Assembly (NCBI GenBank): GCA_025058055.1
Contig: JANXEU010000028.1
Location: 23,711-87,710 of the forward strand
Reading direction: 5' to 3'
DNA: 64,000 bases
Source of the DNA: Candidatus Calditenuaceae archaeon
GTDB lineage: Archaea; Thermoproteota; Nitrososphaeria_A; Caldarchaeales; Calditenuaceae
The notes beneath the pieces are model-generated. The model ran no database searches. It was not told where the DNA came from and saw only the letters and a list, made by a program, of their open reading frames with translations. Positions within the stretch are counted from its first letter, which is position 1; the number at the start of each line of letters is the position of its first letter. This document shows positions 17,432 through 25,047 of the stretch, one piece after another. Position numbers and translations under genes: made by a program.

Positions 17432-18532
17432 ATGTCAGATTTATCAGATCTGACCGGCTCTCCGAATCGAATGAGGATCACCGAGCAGGACGTGCTGAAG
17501 GCCCTCAAGAAGGTAAAGGACCCGGAGCTCGGCATCGACGTGGTTCAGATGGGGATGGTCAAGGACCTAAGCGTCAAGGACGGCCACGTGTCCTTCACCT
17601 TAGAGCTGACTACGCCCGCGTGCCCCTTCAACGAGGAGCTGAAGTCGTCCGTGCTACAGGCTGTCGAGTCGTTGAAGGGCGTCGAGAGAGTGTCCATGGA
17701 GGTGAAGTCGAGGGTCTTGAGCGTGCGCCCTCAGACACCGGGGTTAAGCCCTATCCCTGGAGTGAAGAACGTGATCGCGGTAGCCAGCGGCAAGGGAGGC
17801 GTCGGCAAATCGACCATCTCGGTCAATCTTGCGGTAGCGCTCTCCGAGGCGGGTGCGGCCACGGGACTTCTGGACGCAGACGTCTACGGCCCAACGATCC
17901 CCCGCTTCATCCGGAACTACAGTTACGAGTCGAACGTCAGGGGCAATAAGCTCGAGCCTGCGAAGGGTCCTTACGGTGTCAAGATGATGTCGCTCGGCCT
18001 CATCGTTCAAGACGACACGCCAGTCATCTGGAGGGGGCCGCTGGTGGGATCTGCGGTCAGACAGTTGCTCACAGAGGTCGCGTGGGGTGAGCTGGACTAC
18101 CTCGTCGTTGACCTTCCACCCGGAACCGGTGACGCCCCCCTGACGCTGGCACAGACCGTGCCCTTGGGTGGCGTAGTGATCGTTACGACCCCTCAACAGG
18201 CGGCAGTTACTATAGCCATGAAGGCGCTGAGGATGTTCCAGAGGCTGAACGTCAACGTCATCGGCATCGTCGAGAACATGTCGTACGTAAGGTGTGAGGG
18301 CTGTGGGCGGACGTTCAGGGTCTTCGGCGAGAGCCACACCAAGAAGGCCGCGATCGATGCAGGAGTCCCTCTGCTGGCAGAGGTTCCCTTGCTAGATACG
18401 ATACTCGAGGGCGGCGAGGACGGCACGCCCGTGATCGTCAGAGCACCTCATTCCGAGGCAGCAGACGTCTTCAGGGGACTCGCCCGCAGGGTGGCCGGAA
18501 GGGTGAGCGTCCTTGCCGCAGGCGGAAGGTGA
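17432..18532 (+). CDS. Mrp/NBP35/ApbC-family Fe-S cluster carrier ATPase with N-terminal DUF59 domain
   Basis: 366 aa with a DUF59-like VLKALKKVKDPELGIDVVQMGMV and the deviant Walker A ASGKGGVGKSTISVNLA. Confidence 0.9.
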   Translation: MSDLSDLTGSPNRMRITEQDVLKALKKVKDPELGIDVVQMGMVKDLSVKDGHVSFTLELTTPACPFNEELKSSVLQAVESLKGVERVSMEVKSRVLSVRPQTPGLSPIPGVKNVIAVASGKGGVGKSTISVNLAVALSEAGAATGLLDADVYGPTIPRFIRNYSYESNVRGNKLEPAKGPYGVKMMSLGLIVQDDTPVIWRGPLVGSAVRQLLTEVAWGELDYLVVDLPPGTGDAPLTLAQTVPLGGVVIVTTPQQAAVTIAMKALRMFQRLNVNVIGIVENMSYVRCEGCGRTFRVFGESHTKKAAIDAGVPLLAEVPLLDTILEGGEDGTPVIVRAPHSEAADVFRGLARRVAGRVSVLAAGGR

Positions 18533-18986
18533 ACTGTCAAAGCCCATCTCGCTACCGGCGACAGGCGTTTACTCGAAGGGCACGATCGATCTGTTGACCG
18601 TCTACAGGGACCTAGAGTCGATCTACAGCGAGGGTTCCTCAGGTGCTCTTGCGACGTTCATGGGCATCGCCAGATCCACGAGCAGGAGAGGTAAGAGAGT
18701 CTCCGAGGTCGTAATGGAGGCCTACGTCGAGAACGCTGAACTCACGCTGATGAGCATCGTCTCGGAGGCGAAGGAGCGCTACGGTTTGACTTACGCCGGA
18801 ATCTGGCACCTGCTCGGGTCTTTTCGGCCTGGAGAGCCGATCGTGCTGGTGGCTTCCATGGGTCCTAGGAGAAGGGAGGTCATGGAGGCGTTGACGGAGA
18901 TGGTCGAGCGTTACAAGAGGGAGCCTGCCCTCTTCAAGAAGGAGGTCTTCGACGACGGCACACACGAATGGGTTGAGGAGCCGTAA
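18513..18986 (+). CDS. moaE: Molybdopterin synthase catalytic subunit MoaE-like
   Basis: 157 aa; ATFMGIARSTSRRGKRVSEVVMEAYVENAE...IWHLLGSFRPGEPIVLVAS...REPALFKKEVF is typical of MoaE. TTG start overlaps the mrp 3' end by 20 nt. No moaD is seen nearby. Confidence 0.7.
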   Translation: MPQAEGELSKPISLPATGVYSKGTIDLLTVYRDLESIYSEGSSGALATFMGIARSTSRRGKRVSEVVMEAYVENAELTLMSIVSEAKERYGLTYAGIWHLLGSFRPGEPIVLVASMGPRRREVMEALTEMVERYKREPALFKKEVFDDGTHEWVEEP

Positions 18987-19022
18987 CGCACTGAACGGGT
19001 TTATTTTCTGGCTTCGAGGAGG

Positions 19023-19199
19023 ATGATCGGCATGGGGATCAGGGACTTCTTCAGGTCAACCGTCGTCCTGTTCAGGGTCTCGAGGAAGCCCTCGAGGGAC
19101 GAGTACTTCATTTTAGCCAGAATAGTGCTGATCGGTATCGCCCTTCTCGGATTAATCTCAATGGTGATCAGGTTCATCTTCCTCGCGGTACTCGGGTGA
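19023..19199 (+). CDS. secE: Protein translocase subunit SecE/Sec61-gamma
   Basis: Below the ORF-track length cutoff. Manual translation gives MIGMGIRDFFRSTVVLFRVSRKPSRDEYFILARIVLIGIALLGLISMVIRFIFLAVLG (58 aa, one C-terminal TM). gaggagg lies directly upstream. GTGA overlap with the spt5 start matches the conserved archaeal secE-spt5 order. Confidence 0.85.
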   Translation: MIGMGIRDFFRSTVVLFRVSRKPSRDEYFILARIVLIGIALLGLISMVIRFIFLAVLG

Positions 19200-19642
19200 A
19201 AGTCTTGGGAAAGCTCTACGCAGTTAGGACCACTGCGGGCCAAGAGAGAAACGTGGCCCATTTAATCTGGGGTAGGATCCCACAGGGTTCTAAGGACGTC
19301 CATGCGATAGTCACCTTGCCGGCTCTCAAGGGATACGTCTTCGTTGAAGGCACAGAGAGGGACAGAGTGGCGGTGCTCGTGAGGGAGCTGAGGCACGTGA
19401 AGTCCAAGGCGATCGTCCAGATCTCCCACGATGAGGTGCTCACTCATCTGGTCGAGAGGCCTCTCATCGAGACCATAAACGAGGGAATGACGGTTGAGGT
19501 AGTGGCCGGGCCCTTCAAGGGGTTCACGGGCAAGGTGACGCGCGTCGACAGGATCAGGAAGGAGGTCACGTTAGAGCTACTCGAGAGCACCTATCCCTTC
19601 CCCATCTCTATCCCTGTCAATCAGGTGAAGCCTGCCCACTGA
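19196..19642 (+). CDS. spt5: Transcription elongation factor Spt5 (archaeal NusG)
   Basis: 148 aa with an NGN domain (LYAVRTTAGQERNVA) and a KOW motif (VEVVAGPFKGFTGKVTRVD). Confidence 0.9.
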   Translation: MKVLGKLYAVRTTAGQERNVAHLIWGRIPQGSKDVHAIVTLPALKGYVFVEGTERDRVAVLVRELRHVKSKAIVQISHDEVLTHLVERPLIETINEGMTVEVVAGPFKGFTGKVTRVDRIRKEVTLELLESTYPFPISIPVNQVKPAH

Positions 19643-19654
19643 GGTGATAAGAAT

Positions 19655-20143
19655 TTGGGTATGAAGGAGCTACTCGCTGAGCTGCCCATCGATGGTCGAA
19701 GAGTGGTGCAGTTCGGGTTCGCCGGGCCGTCGGTTGAGAAGGACGTCGTCAGCGCGATGAGGAAAGGCGGTGAGCTCCTCGTGCTGGTGAACAGGGAAGA
19801 GCTTCGCGCGAAGGTGGAGGCGTTCCTGCAGGGAACAGTTCCTTCATTCAAGGTCCTCTACTCACCGGTCATCGAGCACAACCCCGGGCTGGCACCGTCG
19901 AACTTCGACGTCGCCCTGTTCCTGAACGCGCTCATCTCAGTCAGAGGGAAGAGGGAGCTGCTCAACGAGGCCTATAGGCTGCTCAAACACGGCGCAGGAG
20001 CAATCGTGTACGAGTGTTACTGGCCGACCTCAATCGCACTCAGGAGGGCGCTGAGAAAGGCCTTGACGGAGAGACCGGTCTTCAAGGTGAAGAAGATGAA
20101 CGTCGGGCTGGCTGCCCTTGAAGCGGTTTTGGAGAAGACGTGA
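19655..20143 (+). CDS. Hypothetical protein, weakly class-I-methyltransferase-like
   Basis: 162 aa. FDVALFLNALISVRGKRELLNEAYRLLKHGAGAIV resembles the post-motif-II region of SAM methyltransferases, but no GxGxG motif is seen (VVQFGFAGPS). GTGA overlap with the next gene. Confidence 0.35.
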   Translation: MGMKELLAELPIDGRRVVQFGFAGPSVEKDVVSAMRKGGELLVLVNREELRAKVEAFLQGTVPSFKVLYSPVIEHNPGLAPSNFDVALFLNALISVRGKRELLNEAYRLLKHGAGAIVYECYWPTSIALRRALRKALTERPVFKVKKMNVGLAALEAVLEKT

Positions 20144-20391
20144 TGAAAATGGTCCACCTCGAGACGCTGGTGCTCGGTCTGACCCTCCTCATCTTCGGAC
20201 TCGGAATCGTAGCGATCGCGCTGCTCTCTAGAGCGGTTAGGGTTCCCGGCGACCGCAGATCCGAGGCCTTCGGCCTCGTGCTGATTGGGCCGATCCCGAT
20301 ATTCTTCAAGGGGAAGATCGGGTGGACGCTGGTGATAGCAGCTCTAACGCTCCTCGTAATCCTTCTGATTGCACTCGGGGTCGTGGTTTGA
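20140..20391 (+). CDS. Small integral membrane protein (DUF131/TIGR00304-like), paralog 1
   Basis: 83 aa with two TM segments flanking FGLVLIGPIPIFF. Confidence 0.55.
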   Translation: MMKMVHLETLVLGLTLLIFGLGIVAIALLSRAVRVPGDRRSEAFGLVLIGPIPIFFKGKIGWTLVIAALTLLVILLIALGVVV

Positions 20392-20603
20392 GAGCGGCGA
20401 TCCTAGCCTTGCTGCTCGTTCTGATCGTGGCCGTCTCGATGCTAGCGTTGATGGTATCCTTATCCGGCGGTGAGGTGACAGGCTTCGGGTTCCTACTAAT
20501 CGGCCCAATCCCCATAATAGTCTCTGACGGTCAAGCGACAGCGCTGTTCATGGTCGCAGCTCTAGTTTTAATCGCCTTAATTATTCTCAGGCTCTTGAGG
20601 TGA
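20388..20603 (+). CDS. Small integral membrane protein (DUF131/TIGR00304-like), paralog 2
   Basis: The track ORF 20322-20603 is trimmed to the TTG at 20388 (TTGA overlap with the paralog 1 stop). 71 aa with the same FGFLLIGPIPIIV core. Confidence 0.5.
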   Translation: MRAAILALLLVLIVAVSMLALMVSLSGGEVTGFGFLLIGPIPIIVSDGQATALFMVAALVLIALIILRLLR

Positions 20604-20614
20604 CCCTGTACAAG

Positions 20615-21373
20615 TCACATGCCTTTGAAGTACTTCTCTTCGATCCCCTTGTAGCCGACCCTTTCCAGTTCCTCGGCGAGCTCGAAGCCGCCGCTAACGA
20701 TAACGCGCCCGTCGTACATGATGTGAACGTAATCCGGTCTCAAGTAATTGAGGATCCTCGCGTAGTGGGTGATCACAAGCACTCCGATGTTGCTGTCTTC
20801 GACCATCTTCCTCACGGTTGATGCGACGACCTTGACACCATCTATGTCGAGCCCCGAATCGGTCTCATCGAGGATCGCTATCTTGGGCTTGAGCGTTAGC
20901 ATCTGCACTATCTCGGATCTCTTCTTCTCACCACCGGAGAAGCCCTCGTTAAGGTACCTCTTCGTGAAGGTCTCATCGAACTGCATCGCCTTGAAGTGCT
21001 CCACCAGCCTTCTCTGGAACTGTGACGCTGTCACCTTCTTCCCTTCCTCGCCGTAGATCGAGAGGAAGGACTTCCTGAGGAAGTTGGCCATCGTTATGCC
21101 CGTAATCTCCTGAGGGTACTGGAAGGCGAGGAAGATGCCCATCTTAGCCCGCTGGTCCGGTGTGAGGTCCAGAATGCTCTGGCCGTCGAGCCTAATGTCG
21201 CCGCTCTCGACCTGATACTTCGGATGGCCCATGATGACGTACGCAGTCGTGCTCTTCCCTGACCCGTTTGGCCCCATCAGCGCGTGCACCTCTCCCTGCG
21301 AAACCCTCAGGTTAAGTCCCTTGAGGATCTGCCTTCCCTCTATCCCCGCGTAGAGGTCGACGATCTCCAGCAT
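20615..21373 (-). CDS. sufC: Fe-S cluster assembly ATPase SufC
   Basis: Walker A GPNGSGKST, signature FSGGEKKR, Walker B ILDETDSGLD. Start set at the internal Met (MLEIVDLYAG). No sufB or sufD is adjacent. Confidence 0.85.
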   Translation of the reverse strand: MLEIVDLYAGIEGRQILKGLNLRVSQGEVHALMGPNGSGKSTTAYVIMGHPKYQVESGDIRLDGQSILDLTPDQRAKMGIFLAFQYPQEITGITMANFLRKSFLSIYGEEGKKVTASQFQRRLVEHFKAMQFDETFTKRYLNEGFSGGEKKRSEIVQMLTLKPKIAILDETDSGLDIDGVKVVASTVRKMVEDSNIGVLVITHYARILNYLRPDYVHIMYDGRVIVSGGFELAEELERVGYKGIEEKYFKGM

Positions 21374-21453
21374 CAAACCGCCCCGAAGTCCGCAACCCAC
21401 AATATCTACCTCGACTCTTCACTCGACTGCGCAGAAGCCTCGAGGATGAAGTC

Positions 21454-21612
21454 TCACCTGACCTTTTCCTCCTCGCCCCAGAGCTCCCTCCTCAGGAGGT
21501 CTCTGACCGCAGCCCGCAGCAACGCGGACCTGCTCGGATAAACTCCGCGTCTTATCAGCTCGTCCATGCCCTCAACGAGGGCCTCGGGCAGTTTGACGCT
21601 GATGAGCTTCAT
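21454..21612 (-). CDS. Ribbon-helix-helix (CopG/Arc/MetJ-type) DNA-binding protein
   Basis: Below the ORF-track cutoff. Manual translation gives MKLISVKLPEALVEGMDELIRRGVYPSRSALLRAAVRDLLRRELWGEEEKVR (52 aa), a classic beta-strand/helix/helix pattern. It lies 80 nt upstream of sufC on the same strand. Confidence 0.7.
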   Translation of the reverse strand: MKLISVKLPEALVEGMDELIRRGVYPSRSALLRAAVRDLLRRELWGEEEKVR

Positions 21613-21741
21613 ATCCGGTATGACGCAGGCCATATCACAGATTTGAGTTTTGCGGTGTTCTAGGCCCAGAAGATCGATCGATGTAGTGACTCTTAGAGAA
21701 CGTTTTAAAGCAAGACGGAGTCAATAAGGCCGAGCAGAAGC

Positions 21742-22035
21742 TTGATGGACATCAAGACGGAGCTGAGGGTTCTCCGGAGGACCGGAAAGGTCGTCTTCGG
21801 TTTCAGGCAGTCCTACTTGGCGCTGATGCGTGGTGAGGCTTCGGTGGTGCTGATATCGAGCGACTGTCCGGAGAGGTACAGGAAGGAGATTCAATCGGTT
21901 ACCTCGATGAAGGGCGCTAAGTTGATCGACACTGCAATTAGCTCAAGCGAGTTATCGAGACTCCTCGGGAAGCCGTTCCACGCCTCGACGGTCGCTGTCA
22001 TCGACCCGGGCACAAGCAGCTTCGGCAAAGGGTGA
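21742..22035 (+). CDS. rpl30e: 50S ribosomal protein L30e
   Basis: 97 aa with LRRTGKVVFGFRQSYLALMRGEASVVLISSDCP...KLID; GTGA coupling to nusA matches the conserved L30e-nusA order. Confidence 0.85.
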   Translation: MMDIKTELRVLRRTGKVVFGFRQSYLALMRGEASVVLISSDCPERYRKEIQSVTSMKGAKLIDTAISSSELSRLLGKPFHASTVAVIDPGTSSFGKG

Positions 22036-22481
22036 CTTCGATGTCAGAGGGAGGACGGCAATCGGTCAAGATAACCGAGAGCGAACTTCAGTACATCTCG
22101 TTCTTTCAACAGGTCACAAACGTTCAGCCGGTGGACTGCATCGTCATCGAAGACATGATAGTTTACGTGGTAAACGCAGGTGACGTTGGGAAGGCCGTAG
22201 GCAAGAGAGGAACGACTGTCCAGGAGCTCCGCAACATCCAGAAGAAGAGGATCAAGGTCGTCGAGTTCTCTTCCGATCCGAAGAAGTTCATCGCGAACGC
22301 GTTGCAGCCCGCCAACGTCGCAGAGGTTGAGCTCTTCGAGAGGAAAGGTAGGCTTCACGCAAGGGTGAAAGTTCCGGAGGAGGAGAAGGGGAAAGCTATC
22401 GGCAAGGGAGGGAAGAACCTCAGGGCCGCGGTCGAGCTGGCCAGGAGACACTTCGGTGTCGAGCGGATAGTCATACAATAG
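22032..22481 (+). CDS. nusA: Archaeal NusA-like transcription termination/antitermination factor (two KH domains)
   Basis: 149 aa with KH GxxG motifs (VGKRGTTVQEL and IGKGGKNLRAAVEL). Confidence 0.85.
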   Translation: MTSMSEGGRQSVKITESELQYISFFQQVTNVQPVDCIVIEDMIVYVVNAGDVGKAVGKRGTTVQELRNIQKKRIKVVEFSSDPKKFIANALQPANVAEVELFERKGRLHARVKVPEEEKGKAIGKGGKNLRAAVELARRHFGVERIVIQ

Positions 22482-22484
22482 CGA

Positions 22485-23597
22485 ATGATGCTGATAGTGA
22501 AGACGCCTCTCGGTATGGAGGCCCTCGTTAAATCGAAGATCGAGCTCTTGGACTCAGAAGCGATCGTCTCTCAATCTCCTCACGGGCTGAAGGGCATATT
22601 GATAGTGGAGAAGTGTAGCGATCCGGAAAGGCTGCTGCGTCTCATCAACGAAGAGGTTCCAGAAGTGGAAAGGGCCGTCAGGCCGGCCGTCGTTGTTCCC
22701 ACGGACGTCAATTTGATACTTGAGGTCGCGACGAGTTTGTCGAGGGAGAGAATCGCTCCACATGAGAGCTTTGCCGTGCGTACTCACAGGAGGGCTCACA
22801 GGGGCTTCACCAGCATAGAGTTAAACGCCAAGGTCGGAGCATCAGTTCAGCAGGCTACGGGGGCTAGAGTTGACCTCGAAAACCCGGACAAGATAGTCTC
22901 GATCGAGGTGGTCGGTGAGAGGACAGCGATCACCATCCTGGAAGGAAAGACTGAGCTGAGGAAGATGGGCCCCATGAAGTCGAGCTCGTGGAAGTTCTTC
23001 AACAGGCTCTCCGTCATACAGATGCCCTACCTAGGGTCGGTTGAGGGAGCAAGAGAGGTAGGGAGGAGGATAGGGAGGTTCGTTCAGACCTTCGAGGTTG
23101 GGGAGCTGGTGATCGCTCCGATGAGCTCCGTCGAGGCAAGGGAACTCGCGACCTTCATCGATGCCGTCTTCGAGGGCATCACTTCTAGACTAGAGGTCCA
23201 AAGGCGCAGTTACGGCAGACGACCAAAGGAGGTCGCGGTGAGGGTTCAGGACCTCTATCAGTTAGTGCTGGAAAGGAGATTCGAGCCGATCGTCGTCTTC
23301 GAGCCTGAGGGCGAGCAGATCTATAGGATGCTTCCGGAAGTAGCTCAAAGGATCTCAACCGCGAGGAGAGTGAACCTTCTGTTCGGCTCCAGAGAGGGAA
23401 TACCGAAGGGCGTCTTCAGACTGGCGACCGCAGTCTTCGACCTCTGTCCGGACGTGACGTTACCTACCGAGCTCGCAGCACCGGCTGCTCTGATCGCTCT
23501 CTACAACCTCCTGAAGCGCGAGGGATACGGGATCGATCCCTCAACGGGTAGCGGAGCCGACGAGGAAGGCGACCAGTGCCACGAACATCCAAAGTAG
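22485..23597 (+). CDS. THUMP domain fused to a SPOUT (SpoU/TrmH-like) methyltransferase domain; probable tRNA 2'-O-methyltransferase
   Basis: The N-terminal THUMP pattern (FAVRTHRRAHRGFTSIELNAKVGASV...DLENPDKIVSIEVVGERTAITI) is followed by a C-terminal knot-like LLFGSREGIPKGVFRLATAVFDLCP...LPTELAAPAALIALYNLL. Confidence 0.6.
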   Translation: MMLIVKTPLGMEALVKSKIELLDSEAIVSQSPHGLKGILIVEKCSDPERLLRLINEEVPEVERAVRPAVVVPTDVNLILEVATSLSRERIAPHESFAVRTHRRAHRGFTSIELNAKVGASVQQATGARVDLENPDKIVSIEVVGERTAITILEGKTELRKMGPMKSSSWKFFNRLSVIQMPYLGSVEGAREVGRRIGRFVQTFEVGELVIAPMSSVEARELATFIDAVFEGITSRLEVQRRSYGRRPKEVAVRVQDLYQLVLERRFEPIVVFEPEGEQIYRMLPEVAQRISTARRVNLLFGSREGIPKGVFRLATAVFDLCPDVTLPTELAAPAALIALYNLLKREGYGIDPSTGSGADEEGDQCHEHPK

Positions 23598-24389
23598 GTA
23601 TTGACTCTTCACGTTTCTAGCCGTGCTAGGACTCGCGCTCCTCACCAGACTGTACGATGAGTAGACGAAGCCCGTGTCCGCCACAAGAACGACCGGAAGG
23701 TAGGCCCACCCTAGCGTTCCCGTGAGGAAGGGCAAAGGGCTGAGCGCAACCGCAGTCAGCACAGCACCTGCACCGAGCAGAGAGGCATGTCTCACGCCTC
23801 TTACCCTAGCAACAGTCTTGATCCCTCTTATGGAGTCGCCCTCGATGTCGGCTATTCCCTTTACTATTTCTCTCCCAAGGCTCGAGAGGAACGCGAGGGC
23901 GGCTAGGGTGACTGACCCGACATCAAGTGTACCGACCGCGACCGCGGACCCGAAGAGGAAGGGTGCTGCGACCGTAACGCTGACAACCATGTTCCCAATC
24001 AACCCTGTTCTCTTAAGGCTGACGTTGTAGACGAGTGCCAACGCATAGGATACGACGGCGATGATACTCGGCGCGAGTCCGAGCAGAGTAGAGGCAGAGA
24101 GCCCTACGGCACACAGAGAGGTCGCTACCAACTTCGCTTCGAAAGGACTCACCGCACCGGAAGGGATAGGACGGTTTGGGGCGTTGACCCTGTCGACATC
24201 GACATCGACTAGGTCATTTACTGCCATGGATGAGCCGTTCAGGCAGTACGCGGTGAGGAAGGAGAGGGTCAAAGTAGAAGCGTCTGGAAACATGCCAGAG
24301 GAGACGTAGTGTCCCACTAAAACCGCCACGAACATCATCACGCCGTTCGGAGGCCTAGTGAGTTTGATCAATGCCGACGGTTTTCGCAT
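23541..24389 (-). CDS. UbiA-family prenyltransferase, probable digeranylgeranylglyceryl phosphate synthase
   Basis: 282 aa with about 8 TM segments and the Asp-rich motif NDLVDVDVDRVNAPNRPIPSG, plus a second motif GIADIEGD. Confidence 0.65.
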   Translation of the reverse strand: MRKPSALIKLTRPPNGVMMFVAVLVGHYVSSGMFPDASTLTLSFLTAYCLNGSSMAVNDLVDVDVDRVNAPNRPIPSGAVSPFEAKLVATSLCAVGLSASTLLGLAPSIIAVVSYALALVYNVSLKRTGLIGNMVVSVTVAAPFLFGSAVAVGTLDVGSVTLAALAFLSSLGREIVKGIADIEGDSIRGIKTVARVRGVRHASLLGAGAVLTAVALSPLPFLTGTLGWAYLPVVLVADTGFVYSSYSLVRSASPSTARNVKSQYLLWMFVALVAFLVGSATR

Positions 24390-24392
24390 GAC

Positions 24393-24956
24393 TCAGTCCC
24401 CGATCACGCTGGCCCTCTCGGACACTACGTTTGTTGGAGAGACCTCGGAGCAGGTGTAGTAGATCACCTCGCCTCGCCTGTCGACGATCGCTAGGAGCAG
24501 CTGCTTACCCACACTCTTCGAGTGCCAGATCAGCTCCATCAGCTCAGAGACCTTGACGGGGAAACCCTCGAACATCGGGAAGACGAAGTACTTCGCGCTG
24601 TCCCTCTTTCCCTTCTCGTAGACCATGAGGTAGAGGCTGGGAACGACTCCGTGCTTCACATGATAACGCCTTCTCTTGAGATCGCGATAGACGACGTAGT
24701 TGATCCAGAAGCCTTTGATGGAACCGGAGAGGCGCCCTACGAGCGTTTGGAAATCGAGCGCCTTACCAGCCTCATCGACTACAGCGAGGTTCCCTTCCTC
24801 AGCCAAGTAAGCTGCCTCGTAAACTGTGAGGTTCAGCTTCCCAGGTTCTTCCAGCTCCCCGAATCCCCAGCTGTATAGCCTGTTCGCGGCAGCACCCCTC
24901 ACCACAACCCTCTCGTTGTCTTCGAGCCTGCCCTCGGCGATCGCCTCCCCGCTCAT
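24393..24956 (-). CDS. endA: tRNA-splicing endonuclease EndA-family subunit, probably the non-catalytic (structural) subunit
   Basis: 187 aa. YVVYRDLKRRRYHVKHG...MVYEKG...SVGKQLLLAIVDRRGEVIYY aligns by eye to M. jannaschii EndA. The Tyr and Lys equivalents are present. The His125 position reads S (RDSAKYFV versus KEHSVYLV) and KYGADF is replaced by VPSLYL. Confidence 0.6.
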   Translation of the reverse strand: MSGEAIAEGRLEDNERVVVRGAAANRLYSWGFGELEEPGKLNLTVYEAAYLAEEGNLAVVDEAGKALDFQTLVGRLSGSIKGFWINYVVYRDLKRRRYHVKHGVVPSLYLMVYEKGKRDSAKYFVFPMFEGFPVKVSELMELIWHSKSVGKQLLLAIVDRRGEVIYYTCSEVSPTNVVSERASVIGD

Positions 24957-25047
24957 CCCGACTTCTTCGACGAAGACGCTTATTAGTGATGATCGTTACG
25001 CCAATCGGGTCCAACATGCTCATCGGTGGAAATGCAAATATTCGGGC

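Noticed and set aside
24826-25047. N-terminal 74 codons of the track ORF 24826-25839
   Set aside because: They are antisense to the EndA-family gene and low-complexity (SSSSPNPQ...). A signal-peptide-like start exists at ATG 25048.
24985-25047. Candidate C/D-box sRNA (GTGATGA at about 24988)
   Set aside because: There is no CTGA D or D' box on either strand within the expected 50-70 nt.
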